Assembly (NCBI GenBank): GCA_000934665.2
Contig: KZ539051.1
Span: 1-35,232 of the forward strand
DNA length: 35,232 nt
DNA from: Catajapyx aquilonaris
Taxonomy: Eukaryota
Direction of reading: 5' to 3'
The position numbers and the translations under genes were made by a program. The notes under the pieces are model-generated. The model was not told where the DNA came from. It made no database searches and was given only the letters and a program-made list of their open reading frames with translations. Of this stretch, positions 10,707 to 23,620 are shown piece by piece; the first letter of the stretch is position 1; each line of letters begins with the position of its first letter.

Positions 10707-12700
10707 TAGAAGGATTCCCCTGTACTTTGTCAGTTACATTCACCTAGCTTGTGTGACCTTGAACAACAAAAACTTCTGGCACTTATCTCATTCCGCCTAT
10801 TTCACAAGTTGGACATGCCTTTTTATTTTTTTATTTGTGCAGTTCTAAAAATTCATTAGAATTGGCTCTGGGGAGAGGGGGCGCCAAAATGACCCCCCCC
10901 CCAACTGAAATACGTTATTACACCGCTGGTTGATGTAATTGTCTCAGAGAAATCAATTCTAGTTAGCGAGGTTTTTTTCAGTAAAGCATGTAATTTTTGT
11001 AATCATATTTTTCGGAGACATTTATGGCTCTATCTATGCTATGGAGTAGACATATTTGTGGATACCGTGGATTTCCTAGCTAAATACGTTGTCAGCAACC
11101 TATTTCCACCGAAAGGTACCCAGATATATTTTGTTACAAGAGAAACCCTCCCGCAGGTCTTTACAAAAGATGAATCAATTCCACATACTATAGCATCCGC
11201 TGATAAATATGTTGGGCAGTTCTGGAAAACAGCCTTTCAAATGCAACTCTCAGATTTCAAATACTCATATTTTTGGAAACACAATCAATAATCTGAATAG
11301 CATTGAAGCCCCACGAAAAATACATGGAGCAAAGCTGAGTCAATATTAGACAATGTGAAATAATAATGTCACATGTTGCCGTAACTTGGGGGTGCGGTGT
11401 ATATATATATTTTTTTGCTTTTCATGATATTCTTATTTCGCAACCTTGTATATGATTTCATGGCCTATATATACAATTTCGCAGCCATAGACAAACAGAA
11501 TGAACTTACCAGGAGTTAACGTACAAAACAAAATCGTTGACCTCCCCTAAAGGCAAAATAGAAAAATGAATAAGTAACATTCATAAAAAAATGCATGTGC
11601 TGCTTTACTCCGCAGCGTTGTGAGTGTAGGCCTTCGTGTAATCTCTCTACTATTGTTGTAATCTTATTACTTAAAAGTGCCTTCACGTTATGAAGTGCGG
11701 TACGCCATGTACCGGGCTTATGCATTGTGTAAAAATACTTAAGCAATTAAACGCAGCTTAGAAACTCAAGTAGGCCTACCCCGTGCATGTGTACTATGCG
11801 TTATTTTAGTAAAGTCATTCACTCGAGTAATAACTTTTTACCGCATAGAAGAAGCCTCGTTGCTTAGTTTCAAAAATATGTAATTGAAGTGCATCCGTAT
11901 GTATATCACAGCAAGCGCCCCCTAAATATTTAGACCAGGATTTATACGCCCTTAAATTTTATATTTTAGCATCTTCAACAGTGCAGATGAGAAACTGCCC
12001 ACTTCCACGTATTTACTGTTGGCGTAAATCATTAGGCGCAAAAGTTTTCGCTCCACAAAACCTGCCATGATTTTTGGCACTGGTTTGAACTGCAGCAAAG
12101 TCATACACTAAACTAGTGCGCTGCATGACCCCTGCCGTACAATTGTGACGCCGTGGTCCGTCTTCCAAGCACCAGCCCGCATGCAAACAGACACACATTT
12201 TTGCTGCTAATTATACTTCCGCTTTGGCAAACGCCCGGCCCTTTATGCAAAAACGGTGCAAATGGACGCACAAGTGCTGGCCAAAAAGTTAACTCAAATT
12301 GCAATAATTACGATCCGATTGCGGTTTCTTCTCCTGCTCTTCAAATGTACATGGCTGTAAGACTGGAATAAAACATTGCGCTGTTTGCACCAGCCATTGG
12401 TCAAATTGCGATTTTTTTTTAAATAGCAAGTTTAAAATGGCGGTGATCATTAACGATGACCTTTTTACATCTTTATTTACATTCAAAAAATTATACCATA
12501 CTTTGAGAAGCTTCCTGTATATGCGATGGATGATTTTTTTTTCTTCATGTGCTACAATATTTATGCAAAAGGTTCGCACTTCTTTTAGATTTATAGTCTA
12601 CTTGTTGCGAATTACTGAGACAAAACTTATACTCTTGTTGATTTTTGATCATTTATGCTTCAGTAGATAAATATGTATCATATATGAATTGCAATAAGGC

Positions 12701-12766
12701 TCATCCTGCGGGTTAGACAACCCGTCAATCGTGTGTGCTGCACGGGTCGCCTCACCTGCAGGATGA
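12701..12766. other. Isolated 66-nt hairpin (25-bp stem); candidate pre-miRNA or minimal MITE
   Basis: TCATCCTGCGGGTTAGACAACCCGT, 16-nt loop, ACGGGTCGCCTCACCTGCAGGATGA. 21 of 25 positions form Watson-Crick pairs. Confidence 0.5.
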
Positions 12767-14594
12767 AACCTATCACCAGCATATATTGCTAATTATATTC
12801 GCAGTTAGTCTCGCAAATTTGTAATAAGTAGGAATCCAATAATTGCGCACATTTTACACCAATCATCTTGATCCGGCCATTTAGTCCAGCCCCGATGACC
12901 TTGACATTTCGCGAGTGATTGGAGCATCCTGCATCCCTGCAGCAAGCGCACGGACACTAATAAACATCCTCCGCCAACGAAACGACAAATAAGAACAAAT
13001 TGACTACGTAACCCGCATCTAGCTCCGTCGTTTTAATATGCAAATGAGGCGTTTACGGTCGGCTGACGGTGCCCGCTCCGGGAAACGGGGCGTACTCCGC
13101 CGGTAAATTATTGACTCCCTGAAACCCTGAGGGTAGGAAGGGGGGGGTTTATATAATACAACCATCCTTGTTCGGACACTTGGCCTTTTCCAGCCTCCCA
13201 ATCTTTGATTACCACCCGGGCAAGTGATGGCTGCAGGTCTGTGCTCATTAAATTGGCAACCCGTGAGCCAGGAGTGGTGTGTTATTGGCTTCTTGGTAGA
13301 GTGGACCGGAGCGGATAATCGTGCACAATCCTTCTCGAACCTAACCACGCTTTGTTGGGGGGATCCTCGGTAAGCAGGCCTGGTAACTCTTTTTGCAGGG
13401 CGGGGATGGTTGGGGGCAAAGTCTGTGCAGCCCTTTCCCTATTTAAGTCCACTCATGTGGCCATCCGGCATTAGACAATATCCGCGGCGCTGGTAGAACA
13501 ATCTCGTTAAAAATATATAATCAGTCGGCAAAAAGCAGAGCTCGCCTGGTTGTCAGGCAGAGAGCTCTCAGGCTCTCTCTCCGTTCTCCATTTAACAAGG
13601 CGAGGGGGGCTATAGGGGGCAGGAGGGGGGGGGGATAGAGGGCTATATATACTTCATTCCCTTCGTTACTAGCAATCGCCGGACCCCCACCCAAATCCAC
13701 ACAAATCCGCTTCCAATAATTCATTCATCCCATTAACAATTCCCCAAAAGGACGACCGGGGACATAACACAGGAGGAAAAGAGAGCTGGATCAACTTTGC
13801 TTACAAAATTGCGACCAGCTCTCTCTCTCTGTACACACTCAAATAAATTGCTCACAAACTAAGCATAGGGGAAGTTGCGAATTGTATCAACCGGTGTCAG
13901 GAGACATGTTTCTGTGAAAACTTCTCCAAATGTTTCTCAGTAAATTTTTCTTATAATTTCTTTTGTTAACGATGAATCTTGGACGGTGTCCATGTGTTAT
14001 TGAGAAAAAAACCGGTTTCTATATAAGAATTGTCCAATTTTTGAGTCTGAAAAAGTGAAGAGACCAGGACGTGTCCAGGTGGGGAAAGAGGAGGCGTGAC
14101 CCGGCAGCAATCGTATATAGTGCTCGTGTAAAATTAATTTCATTTGGACGCGCACTTTTCAAGGGGGGGATGTGGCCCCGAGAGTTGTCCACCCACACCC
14201 ACCAGGCCACGGGCATGTTTGGGGAGTGGACAGGTAGCCCACTGCTGCTGGACCTGCGGTTCTCTAACCTACACCCCTTGGATAAATAAGGGCCTCCAAG
14301 TCGGATCCAATCAGCGCCACACACAGTCAAATTGCAAATAACATTTGACACAGTAAAATTAATGGAAATCGGACAAGTAGCGTCCATCCGACATGTCCAA
14401 GAAGGATGAGCCTTTAGCAATAAAACTGCATAAACATTGGGAGTGAAGCACACCAATTATTACTGTTTGATGAAGGGCATTTAATCCTAAAAATTCGCAA
14501 CAAGCCAGAAATCCTGGATTTTCTGTGTGTTTCCTACCCAATTGGATCATTTTATATTTCAACATTTCAACAAGTGTAAATATATTATGTTACA

Positions 14595-14869
14595 CTAGCA
14601 GGGGACCCGTTCTTCGCACGGGGATTGATAAATGAAAGAAGTCGAAATTTCCGAAGATGAATACCAAACTTCGTTAAGAAAAATCCTACATTTTGAGCAT
14701 TTAGACTCAAGTAGTAAGTGACGTTTTCGGACTTTATCTGAATCAGTGTGACGTAAGACGTGAGTGTGCCAAGTTTAAGTACTCTCAGTAGTCCAGAATT
14801 GGGTTAAATAGCCGTGGCGTGCATACATGTACAAACTTTCTGTTTTATATAATAATTATGTAAGAGAGA
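14595..14869 (-). mobile_element. Non-autonomous Helitron-like element, copy 1
   Basis: The minus strand ends with a CCCGT-GCGAAGA-ACGGG hairpin, 7 nt, then CTAG|T. It begins TCTCTCTTACATAATTATTATATAAAACAG. The body is homologous to 24700-24914. The 5' boundary is approximate. Confidence 0.75.
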
Positions 14870-17080
14870 CGTGAGAGTGGCATCAATATTTGTCTGTGGT
14901 TGAACCTTGATGTGAATATACAAGTACTGTCGCATGGTATGAAAATGTACAAAGCTGTAATCCAACTCTCCGGAGAGTTAGTTGCCACGTGGCCAGTGCA
15001 TGCCCGAAAAAGCTGAGGTTGACAAGTTTGGAATGTTGTCCAGAGATGTCGCGACCATCCGGAGGATTCACTTGGCGGGTCGCATGGGCATGTACTCGGG
15101 ATGTGTTCATGTATGTATAGTTGGCTGGAGCTGTAAATGGTGAGAAAATTGGTGGCTCCCTTAGGATCAGGCGAAAAGGATGTTGGCGGCATTGTCGATC
15201 AGGGGTTGGAGGAATATATATAGTGCGGCGGAAGGGAAATATGCAAACGAGATTTGACAGCCGGAGTGGGAGGGAGAGATCCCCCAAGTGAGGTTGGGTT
15301 GTGCATGGCCAGAAGGCATGCAACTGCCTGCCTTCTTTTGTGCTATCTTACTTGCTACCAACCGGAGGAAGAAGCGCCAACAGAAGCCTCAAAAGTACAG
15401 TAGGGGAGCTGGGGAATTTCCTCCTCAGACACGATGAATAAAGTCGACGGAACTCGAGGGGGGAAAGAAGAAGAAGGTAACGCTTTGCACCCACGCTCCA
15501 TTTTTTTGACTTTTAAGTCTATATAATCCTCCAGCGAGTTGTTGCTGTCCATGTTCCGGGAAGAACAGACACGCATATGTTACATGTAGTGGTATCAAGG
15601 CAGCAGTTTCGGTTCCGGATCCAAGTAAGAGAGCCTGGAATTTGGAAATTATGTGACGCATATGTAATCTATAGTGTTGGCTTAACCCAAACTGTGTGCC
15701 CATTGAATGTTGTGTCTTTCAAAGCAGGTTGCGCCAGAGCAATTCAATGAATTTATAACTTCGCATGAATGCTGACCGTTGCATAACTGCTAGGACGGAT
15801 AGCAGTTGGAAATGATTCACTAGATCGTCCCCCGCACACAAATGTTACCTCCAGGTTGTCGGCGCAAAATAAAAAATTCGCATTCCACGCCGCCATTGTA
15901 TCATTTACACGGGACGCCGCACCAACATTCCCTTTGAATCACTACATTATAAATCCGTATTTACCTTTGCGTCCCCGTGGGTCATGCATGCCAAATAAGT
16001 GTTGGGTGTACCGGGACGCATCATTACTCCGAGGAACCGCGTGTGTTTTATCGCACTGTGGTATATATACGTATAAGTAGAGATGTTTTTCCGTCAGTTT
16101 TTCGTAGCTTAGCCTAAGGCATAACCTGCTGGGAACATCCTCTTTCTTTGCATCCCTATATCGGCTTCTAAAAAAATTTTACGCCCCGGCGGCATTTTCA
16201 CGTAATCATGTCGAAGGGATCTTACGCCCACAACACGTCCGCTTTTATACTGGAAGCGATTAAAGATTACTCAGTGGGTTGTAATCTTCGCGAAATATGC
16301 TGAGGAAGTCTTACAAGTATCAGCAGATATTTCTGGCTGCATCCAGTGAGATTTGGCTGTAGTTACTTTTAAGTGGGGAGTAACTTAACCACGAGTTACA
16401 TCTGCCTCACCGACAACTCGCTGCAGGTTTTTTAGAAGAAAAAAAAAAGATGTGCAAACAAAGGCACAGGTCGGAGCTAAGCGGTCAGCACATCCCTGGA
16501 CATGAATTTTTGAAGCCTCTGCTTGCCCTCCGACTAATCCTGGGCACAAAGAACTCGATCTGAAAGTGTCCGGCGGGCACAAGTTTGGGTCGTGGGCATG
16601 TCAGTGACGGGGCTTGGCCCACCTCTTTTTCCTTTGAGCCCTTACTACCCCTACCGAGTTGGGTAAACTTGCATGCACACAGAGAGAGAGAGAGAGAGCC
16701 GGAGAAGAGCCGGTGGCCACTGCTTCCTTTGTGGAGCAGGTAAAAGCTAATTCGGTTGCATCCTTTTGCTCTCATACAGAGAAGCCCCCCTTTTCCTTGC
16801 GCCGGAGGTTCTGCAGTGACCATCCGAGCAGCAGAAAACAGGAGACTTAACCCAAAAGCTTCCCCCTATACCTGAGTATACGAACACCGTACCCCCCTGT
16901 GGAGCATTCCTGGGCCTGGGTATATACCCCCTGCAGTCAGCGTGTCACCTGCAGCTGTTGTTTTTCAGCGCAGGTGACCGCTGGGCAGTTACGAACGTTG
17001 CCATGTTATTTCAGCGCGTCAGACTGTTCATGCCCGATTTTTTTTTTTTTTTTGTAGATAGATACAGGGGGGTTGCTGTA

Positions 17081-17354
17081 TAGTGATCCGGGTGAAACTG
17101 AGTGTGGCTGAAGAGTCAGATAATTGCATTTAACTTAAGATCACTTTTATCCATGGGAACCAAGCCTGGACAAACAAACAAACAAGCTAACAAAGTTCGT
17201 AGTGATCCGGACGAAATTTCAGTAGTAAATTCATGTGATGACTGAAGATCCAGAAAATTGCGTTTGACTTAAGTTCACTTTTCTCCATGGCAACCAATAA
17301 GCCTGGACAAGCAAGCAAGCAAACAAACTTAGTCTTTTATAATGTTGTAATAGA
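17081..17354 (-). mobile_element. Tandem duplication (~120-130 bp units) ending in a Helitron-like 5' terminus
   Basis: Units 17081-17199 and 17200-17330 share TAGTGATCCGG...ACTTAAG.TCACTTTT.TCCATGG.AACCAA...GCCTGGACAA.CAA.CAA. The minus strand starts A|TCTATTACAACATTATAAAAG. AGCCTGGACAAACAAACAAAC resembles AGCCTGGACATACAGACAAAC at 24891. Confidence 0.55.
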
Positions 17355-18711
17355 TATAATGTTTGAAGGCAATTATTTTTCAGTAATAATGTCAAAATAA
17401 TAACACTGCACTGCGTGATGTGCAGGAGCTGACTGTTGAAGAATTGTTGCGAGCCACCCTGTATATTTAGGGGGTTTAAAAAAAGAGTCTTGCTGGAAGG
17501 CTGCATGTCGACATGTTTCTTTCGGAAGATCAGTATATTCGAACAACCATCATTTTGAGAGTGGAAGGGGGTTATATAGCTTAACTTGCCGCAAGCCTAT
17601 TATCGACACTTGTACATTTCCGCTACTCCTATGTTGATAAGCTGACGTGACACGTGTATTTTTACACAAAAAAAAACCAGTTGCTCTTGCCTGAAAATTT
17701 GCGGAATCTGATATTCATTGGAAAGTGGGATTTTGCAAATTCAGGAGAGGTTATCGGTGGTGTTTTTTATTGCTAATACTGCAGAGAGGATTTTTCCTGA
17801 GCGTGAGAGTTCTCGACGAGTGTTTATAATGGCTGCAGTTTTAACATCTCTTGATTAAATTTTCAGACAAGTGCGGAAACAACAATCGCAAAAAATTTGG
17901 CTCAGAATTTCATCTCCCTAATAGCTGATAAGTGTTTAATTCTAAAAATATGCAACGATTTTTTTGAAACATTTGTATGCGTGTACTTGCATTATTTATA
18001 GAGAGTGAACATTTTTTTAAACGAGTAATTGCACTCTTATGTGTATACAGTTCAATCTCGCAAGTGCAAGTTCAAATGAAGGCTTTAAAATAGTCGGGGG
18101 GCACCCAGCAGAGAGGGAAAGTGGCAACAGTGTTTTCGGATAGCAAAAGGTAGCCTTTGTGGACTTATTTTGAAGCTGTTTAGTCGTCCCGCTGGGACTG
18201 TCCAGCTCCATCCGTCCAGCTCCCGGGGGTCCCCCAGCAAGCCCAGCCATATTGCTCGGACACACCCCACATCAAAGCAAAATCTAAAATGCTATGTTCC
18301 ACTCACATCTTTGTGAACCCTCGGCTAAAGAACGCTGCACTTGACGCAACGCGGCTTGTTTTTGAAGCAGATTAAAAAAGAAAGGCAAATTTTTTTTTTG
18401 TCCTCTACAATTTTTTTTCCATCGCCATCCACATCCTCTTGTCTATCGCGCTGCAAAAGTTACCTGAGGTAACTCGATATCCGGATTATTTTCATGTCCG
18501 GTAATGGATATTGCGGAGAAAGTGCGAAAATGGCCCGCACTTTTTTTTTTCATGCTCTGGGGATGAATTAAAATTTTTTAGTTTATTGCGTAAATGTAGC
18601 CTGGTGGGACGCGGCCGAATTAATGTTTCAGGAGAGGACAATCAGCATCGGTAATGTGTACATGTGTGTATTACATTACTCGGCTATACTTTCGGATGAC
18701 GTGTAGATATG

Positions 18712-19215
18712 CAGTGGCGATTTAACGGGTGGGCGTTTCATGCATTTTTGGGGGCTTGGCTGTCAGTGTAGTGCAAAATGAATTTTTTGGCGAGTATTTT
18801 TTATGGAGAATGTGTGGGGTACGACGGATAAATGTTATTTGTGCCAAAATGCTTATTACGAGCTGTAATAATGCACATAAACGGCTCATTTTTTTCCCCG
18901 AGCCTTCACCTTGCTCGAGTGCTGACACTTGTAAGTGTACTTAATAAAACTAGCATTGTTGGTGAGTAGGTTTAATGGTTGGAGCTGTAGGTGGCTAGAG
19001 AGTGGGGCTAAATGGACGAAGGCGATTCGTAGCTATAGGAAGAGAAACAAATGGTGTTGCAGGGGTGTAAGTGCTGATGGAATAGTGCTGGTAGCACAGT
19101 ACAACGCCTGTAATTAGGGATCCCACGTGGCGACAGTTTTGGGGCTTTGGTGGTTGGCCACTGCTGCCTCAACACTGACCGAATTGCACTTCCCCCACAG
19201 CGTAAATCGCCAATG
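18712..19215. mobile_element. Degenerate hAT-like non-autonomous element
   Basis: Left end CAGTGGCGATTTAACGGGTGGGCG versus the right-end reverse complement CATTGGCGATTTACGCTGTGGGGG. No 8-bp TSD is visible. Confidence 0.45.
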
Positions 19216-19864
19216 ATTGGCCAATCAATGGCCCACCCCAATCATTACCAGCCTGCCGCGTATCAATCGGACACAACCAGAGTGAAAGCTCCAGCCATAT
19301 ATATACACAAGGTGTCAGGTCAGAGCTGCCCTCTGATGCTATACACTGACTGGATGCAATTTTATAATATGAGACTAGGCTGACACGAGCTGCTGGGGAA
19401 AACACTCCATCGGTTTCATCGGTGTTTCCTCACTGCCGATCGGTATGTCAATTATATAACGTTGGGGTGATTAAAGCATACCACGGCACCAGGCAGGCCT
19501 CATCCTGCTGGATATGTATATTCGTGCGGGTATAGATATAGGCCCGTGTTGATTAACACTAAGAGAATCCATTCTGTCAGCCCGGCCCCAGCTTCCCCAA
19601 TTTGTGGGGCAGGTTGCAAAAAGCAATCAGGTAAGAATCACACATTTGTGTTGACACTGACTTCCCGGTCGAGTTTACACAGTGTACTGTAAATTAATCT
19701 TCTCCGGCCTTAATTAGGGCTTGTATAACCCATCATTGTGTCAGGTGAAGTAGCTTATAAACCAATACGTCTCGAATATCTCCATTTTTTTAAAATAAAA
19801 AAGCGGTGATTACCACAAGTTTTCGGTTTCTAATATTACGGTATACTAGTATAGTAAACCAAAT

Positions 19865-20040
19865 TTGACAACACTGCCCAGCTCGCTCGGACGTAGTATA
19901 ATATGCAACTACTAGATGGCGCGCATCTTCCCTCTTTGCACACTACTCGCCACGTGGCAACTATGATAGCTATATGCACCTAGATGATGAGTCAACTCGT
20001 GTAAGGACAAAGTCACGGCTAGCCAATTCTACATATGATT
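19865..20040 (-). repeat. Family X copy (long form)
   Basis: The reverse complement aligns over ~170 bp with 32101-32275 (TAGAATTGGCTA...GTTGACTCATCA...GTGCAT...AGTT.CCACGTGG...GAGTAG.GTGCA.AGAGG..GATGCGCGCCATCTAGT.GT...ATACTA). Confidence 0.85.
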
Positions 20041-22403
20041 TATTACACACGCATCTCAAGCTGAGCGTGTAGAACTTTCCGGTTGTTGTTTTTTTGTCGA
20101 AAGGTGACGCATGTTTTCGTTTTTCTGGAGGACAACCTCATCACACATTATAGTCTGGGCTGCACGCCCCGCGATTTTCTTGCAAACTTTGATTGGCATT
20201 TGCCCAAGTCACGTGTCACTTGGCTGTCAGGTAGGGCGAGAAAAACATGCGGGCGGAAATGAGAGACGTTGGGGGGGGGGGGGGGGNGGGGGGGGTTAAT
20301 CAAGTCCTCTCTCTCTCATGGCTCGAGCGTGTGTGTGTGTGTGATTCTCTCCCCCCACCTAATCCTAATCCGGGTCCCCAAAGTGGCCGGATTATCCCCC
20401 CCTATGGAACCTGTGGCGCGGGATCAAACCTTGTCCCACAGAATAATGTCATATTTTCTGAAAAGCATTATCCAGTCTGGTGTATAGTTCACGTCCACTA
20501 AACTAGTGCTGAGGGAATATAGAAGTAGCTGCTAAATCATTTTAGCGACAAACAATGTATCTCGCAATGTTACGGCGAATAATGTTTAGCATTTAAGCAG
20601 TAGTGCCAAAATTGATGCAATTTTTGTCAGAAACGCGTTCAATTAGTGCCCCTTATTTTTTGTGCGGAAAGAAAAGTTGGCGGCCTATTTTTTCCTCTAA
20701 AAAATTAGGAGAGGGCTGTAACGCATTTTTCTGTCCACAGCTTTCTGTCGTGTGGTGCGTCCGGTGCTGCTGGGGAGTGTCCCCGCCGAAAAATTTTTTA
20801 ATAAAAAAGGATGATTTGGCTGGTACTTGCAAGTAGGACAGAAAAGGCGACAGCTGATTGCAGCCAGTGGCCGCGAGATGAGTCCAACTGCTTGCCATCT
20901 GAATTTTAAGCCCGGGGCACAGACAAAATTAAATTCATTACGTTGAAGTGCATTTCGTATATATCTCTCCCTCCCTCTCTTGCCCCCCCCCCCCTTTTGG
21001 AGTAGCCAGAACTAATCAAATTAGACCAGCCCTTGTTGCAAGGGGGGGTCTGACGGGCGTGTTGCCGCATTTCGGTCCCATTTTTATACCACACTCGCTT
21101 AGGACTTGTGGCCAATACACATGTCGTTACGGAGCCATTCTGCGGGACTTCTGATCAGATGAGTCTCAACAATGAAGAGTCGCTGACTGTATATATATAT
21201 TTTGCTTACATAGCTGGCGGAAAATATTTGGTCTAATTCTGAACTGAAATGGACACATACAGTGAGATTTGACAAAGTGGACAAATGGCGAGTCGCACTT
21301 AGCGAAATGCACTTTTGTATATTGCATTCCCGCCTGAAGCAGAATTCAACATTTACGAATTTTGAAATGTTTCCCTTTTTTTGGCATGCGTTCATTGCCC
21401 GTGTTCAGCAATTGCAAATGGCCAGCAGCGTCGGAATAGTAAATAAATTATTTCTTGTAACGGCTATTAGCCGTCCATCTTCCATTACATGGACAGTGTG
21501 TATAACAACATTATGTTGAAATGCTGACAAAAGTTTGCAGCAATTGCTTTTAGTGCAAGTGGTAACGAGTAATGCAAGTCTATTTCTTAAAAATTATCAC
21601 TTATTGTGCGCACAAAGGGACTTGTGGAATAGGCCCTACCTAATATAGGTACTATGTACAGTATGTCGGATTGTACTCGTATATTTGTGACACATAATCC
21701 AATATATTTTTTTCGAATTGACATAAATTCCATATCGACATCTATTGTGACAGGATCCCACCTATAGAAAATTATATGAGCCACCCTGTACACACAATTT
21801 TTTTCTCTCTCGTATCAACCAGTTCTTATAGGGTTTGTATAAGTATCCTGAGTCCCTTGTAATTCTCACCTGCATCCGGTTAGGCGATAAGAGGTAGCAG
21901 CAAGGAGAAGAAGACGAATCGAGCGACACCCCCAATCATGTCTCGTTTGGGGGAATTCGAATGGGGAAAACCCCCACCGAACTGATTGATTACTGGATCG
22001 AAGAGCACAAGAGAAGAGCGGGAGGGAGAGAAAATCCCCGGGAAAATGTGGGGAACATCAAGGCTCACCATATATTATACAATCGTCTTTTTCTCTCTCT
22101 TTTTTCCCCACCCCAACCCCATCGCCCTCATCCTTCTCCTCCATTAACCTCACTTAACCTATTAGTGAAGGACTCATGCTTCAGACACACTCTTTTATTT
22201 TATTTCTAAGAGCACTGTTAGTGCCGCTATTTTTACGCCCTCTTTACATCGCTTTTCTCGCGCCCCCTAAGCTTTTCGCCTAAGGGGGAGCATTGTTTTG
22301 TTGCATCGTGTAGTTAAGGTTATACGTTCCGTTTCCGTCAGACCCGGTTGTATCAACGTAAAGAAAAATATAAGTGCTGATTACTATATCGTATACCGTA
22401 TAT

Positions 22404-22830
22404 CAGGGTGGTCACGGTAACTCTGGCAAAAATCACAGGGTATGTAGAGGCCTCATAGGCAAGTATTTTGATCTTCGGTACCCATGTCCGGAAATGCCCC
22501 CATACGGGGGTACGGCCGTTTCCACCTTTAGTATGTTGCGCCTGGTGGGTAGGCAACCCACCGGGCTCGAAGGTTGCGTTCATCAGGTTTTGCACCTGAC
22601 ACGCAATTGTTTTCACCTGAGTCGTCTCCTCCACACGCGACACACCTGATGAACTTAAGCTTCGAGTACGATGGGTTGCCTACCCACCAGGCGCAACAGA
22701 CCAAAGGTGGAAACGGACGTATACCCCCGTACGGGGGCATTTCCGGACATGTGTACCTAAGCTCAACATACTTGCCTATGGGGCCTCTACCCACCCTGTG
22801 ATTTTGGCCAAAATTACCGGAATCACCCTG
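22404..22830. mobile_element. Long fold-back MITE with CAGGGTG termini (Tc1/mariner-type)
   Basis: About 185-bp inverted arms, e.g. ATGTCCGGAAATGCCCC/GGGGCATTTCCGGACAT and TGTTGCGCCTGGTGGGTAGGCAACCCA/TGGGTTGCCTACCCACCAGGCGCAACA. Ends are CAGGGTG...CACCCTG|TA; the left TA is imperfect. Confidence 0.9.
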
Positions 22831-22859
22831 TATTGTGAATTTCTACACAAATGTAAACG

Positions 22860-23620
22860 CTTTGTTTAATTTACTTTTTGTTATTAGACTAATGTCATTT
22901 TTATAACTTAGGAGAACTGTCTTTTATTTGAGATAATATGTCACTTTATTATTTATATAATGCATAGTCGATAGACTATCCTATATTTATTACATATTTT
23001 CGAGTATATTTTCATGTTACGACATATTATTTTCTTATATGCTTTATATTATTGCATATATTTATATTTATTACATTAATATTATGAAGACCTCGGGAGA
23101 AGAACTATCAAGGTCCACATCAGGGGAAACTGAGCTATCCCAATTTAAAAATTCGAAGACCCGTAAGGTTGTATTGTGTAAATTCCTCTTTCGGAGCCTT
23201 CCCTTGGGCCTTCCACAGTGACCTATGATCATTTACTCCACAACCACTACCAAACCATCGTATTCTACACTAGTGAAAGTATCTTCTGAGATATGTAGCT
23301 CATTTTTTAAATACTATAAGTGGGCCTTGATCGGTCTTCCCCCGAGGTCTTCATATTATTTTCATATAATTATGATTGATATTTATTACATCTTATTTTC
23401 TACGTATATCTATCATTATTTAAATTGCATATTATTCTTGTTTATTGTGCATTTTTATTACTTTTGTTATTTTATTCATTATATTTATTTTATTTTATTT
23501 GTTACGCCTGTAATATTTTATTCTTTTTACTTGCATTATTTTTCATGCTGATACATCATTTTTCATTTTATTTACATTACCTATTTACGTATCTATTTAC
23601 TTTCTGATTTATTTACTTCA
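22860..23620. repeat. AT-rich, T-skewed low-complexity tract containing an inverted-repeat island
   Basis: TTTA/TTAT/TATA-rich sequence lies on both sides of 23083-23355. Confidence 0.75.
23083..23355. mobile_element. MITE-like element with ~36-bp inverted ends, superfamily unclear
   Basis: TATGAAGACCTCGGGAGAAGAACTATCAAGGTCCAC versus the right-end reverse complement TATGAAGACCTCGGGGGAAGACCGATCAAGGCCCAC (32/36). An inner TGAGCTA/TAGCTCA pair is also present. Confidence 0.8.

Noticed and set aside
14504..14528. About 25-bp similarity to 33221-33245 (GCCAGAAA.CC.GGATTTTCTGT)
   Set aside because: Too short, and it does not extend into the flanks.
22353..22801. Four overlapping ORFs sharing peptides (CPEMPPYGG, GLPTHQAQ)
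   Set aside because: Generated by the palindromic MITE at 22404-22830.
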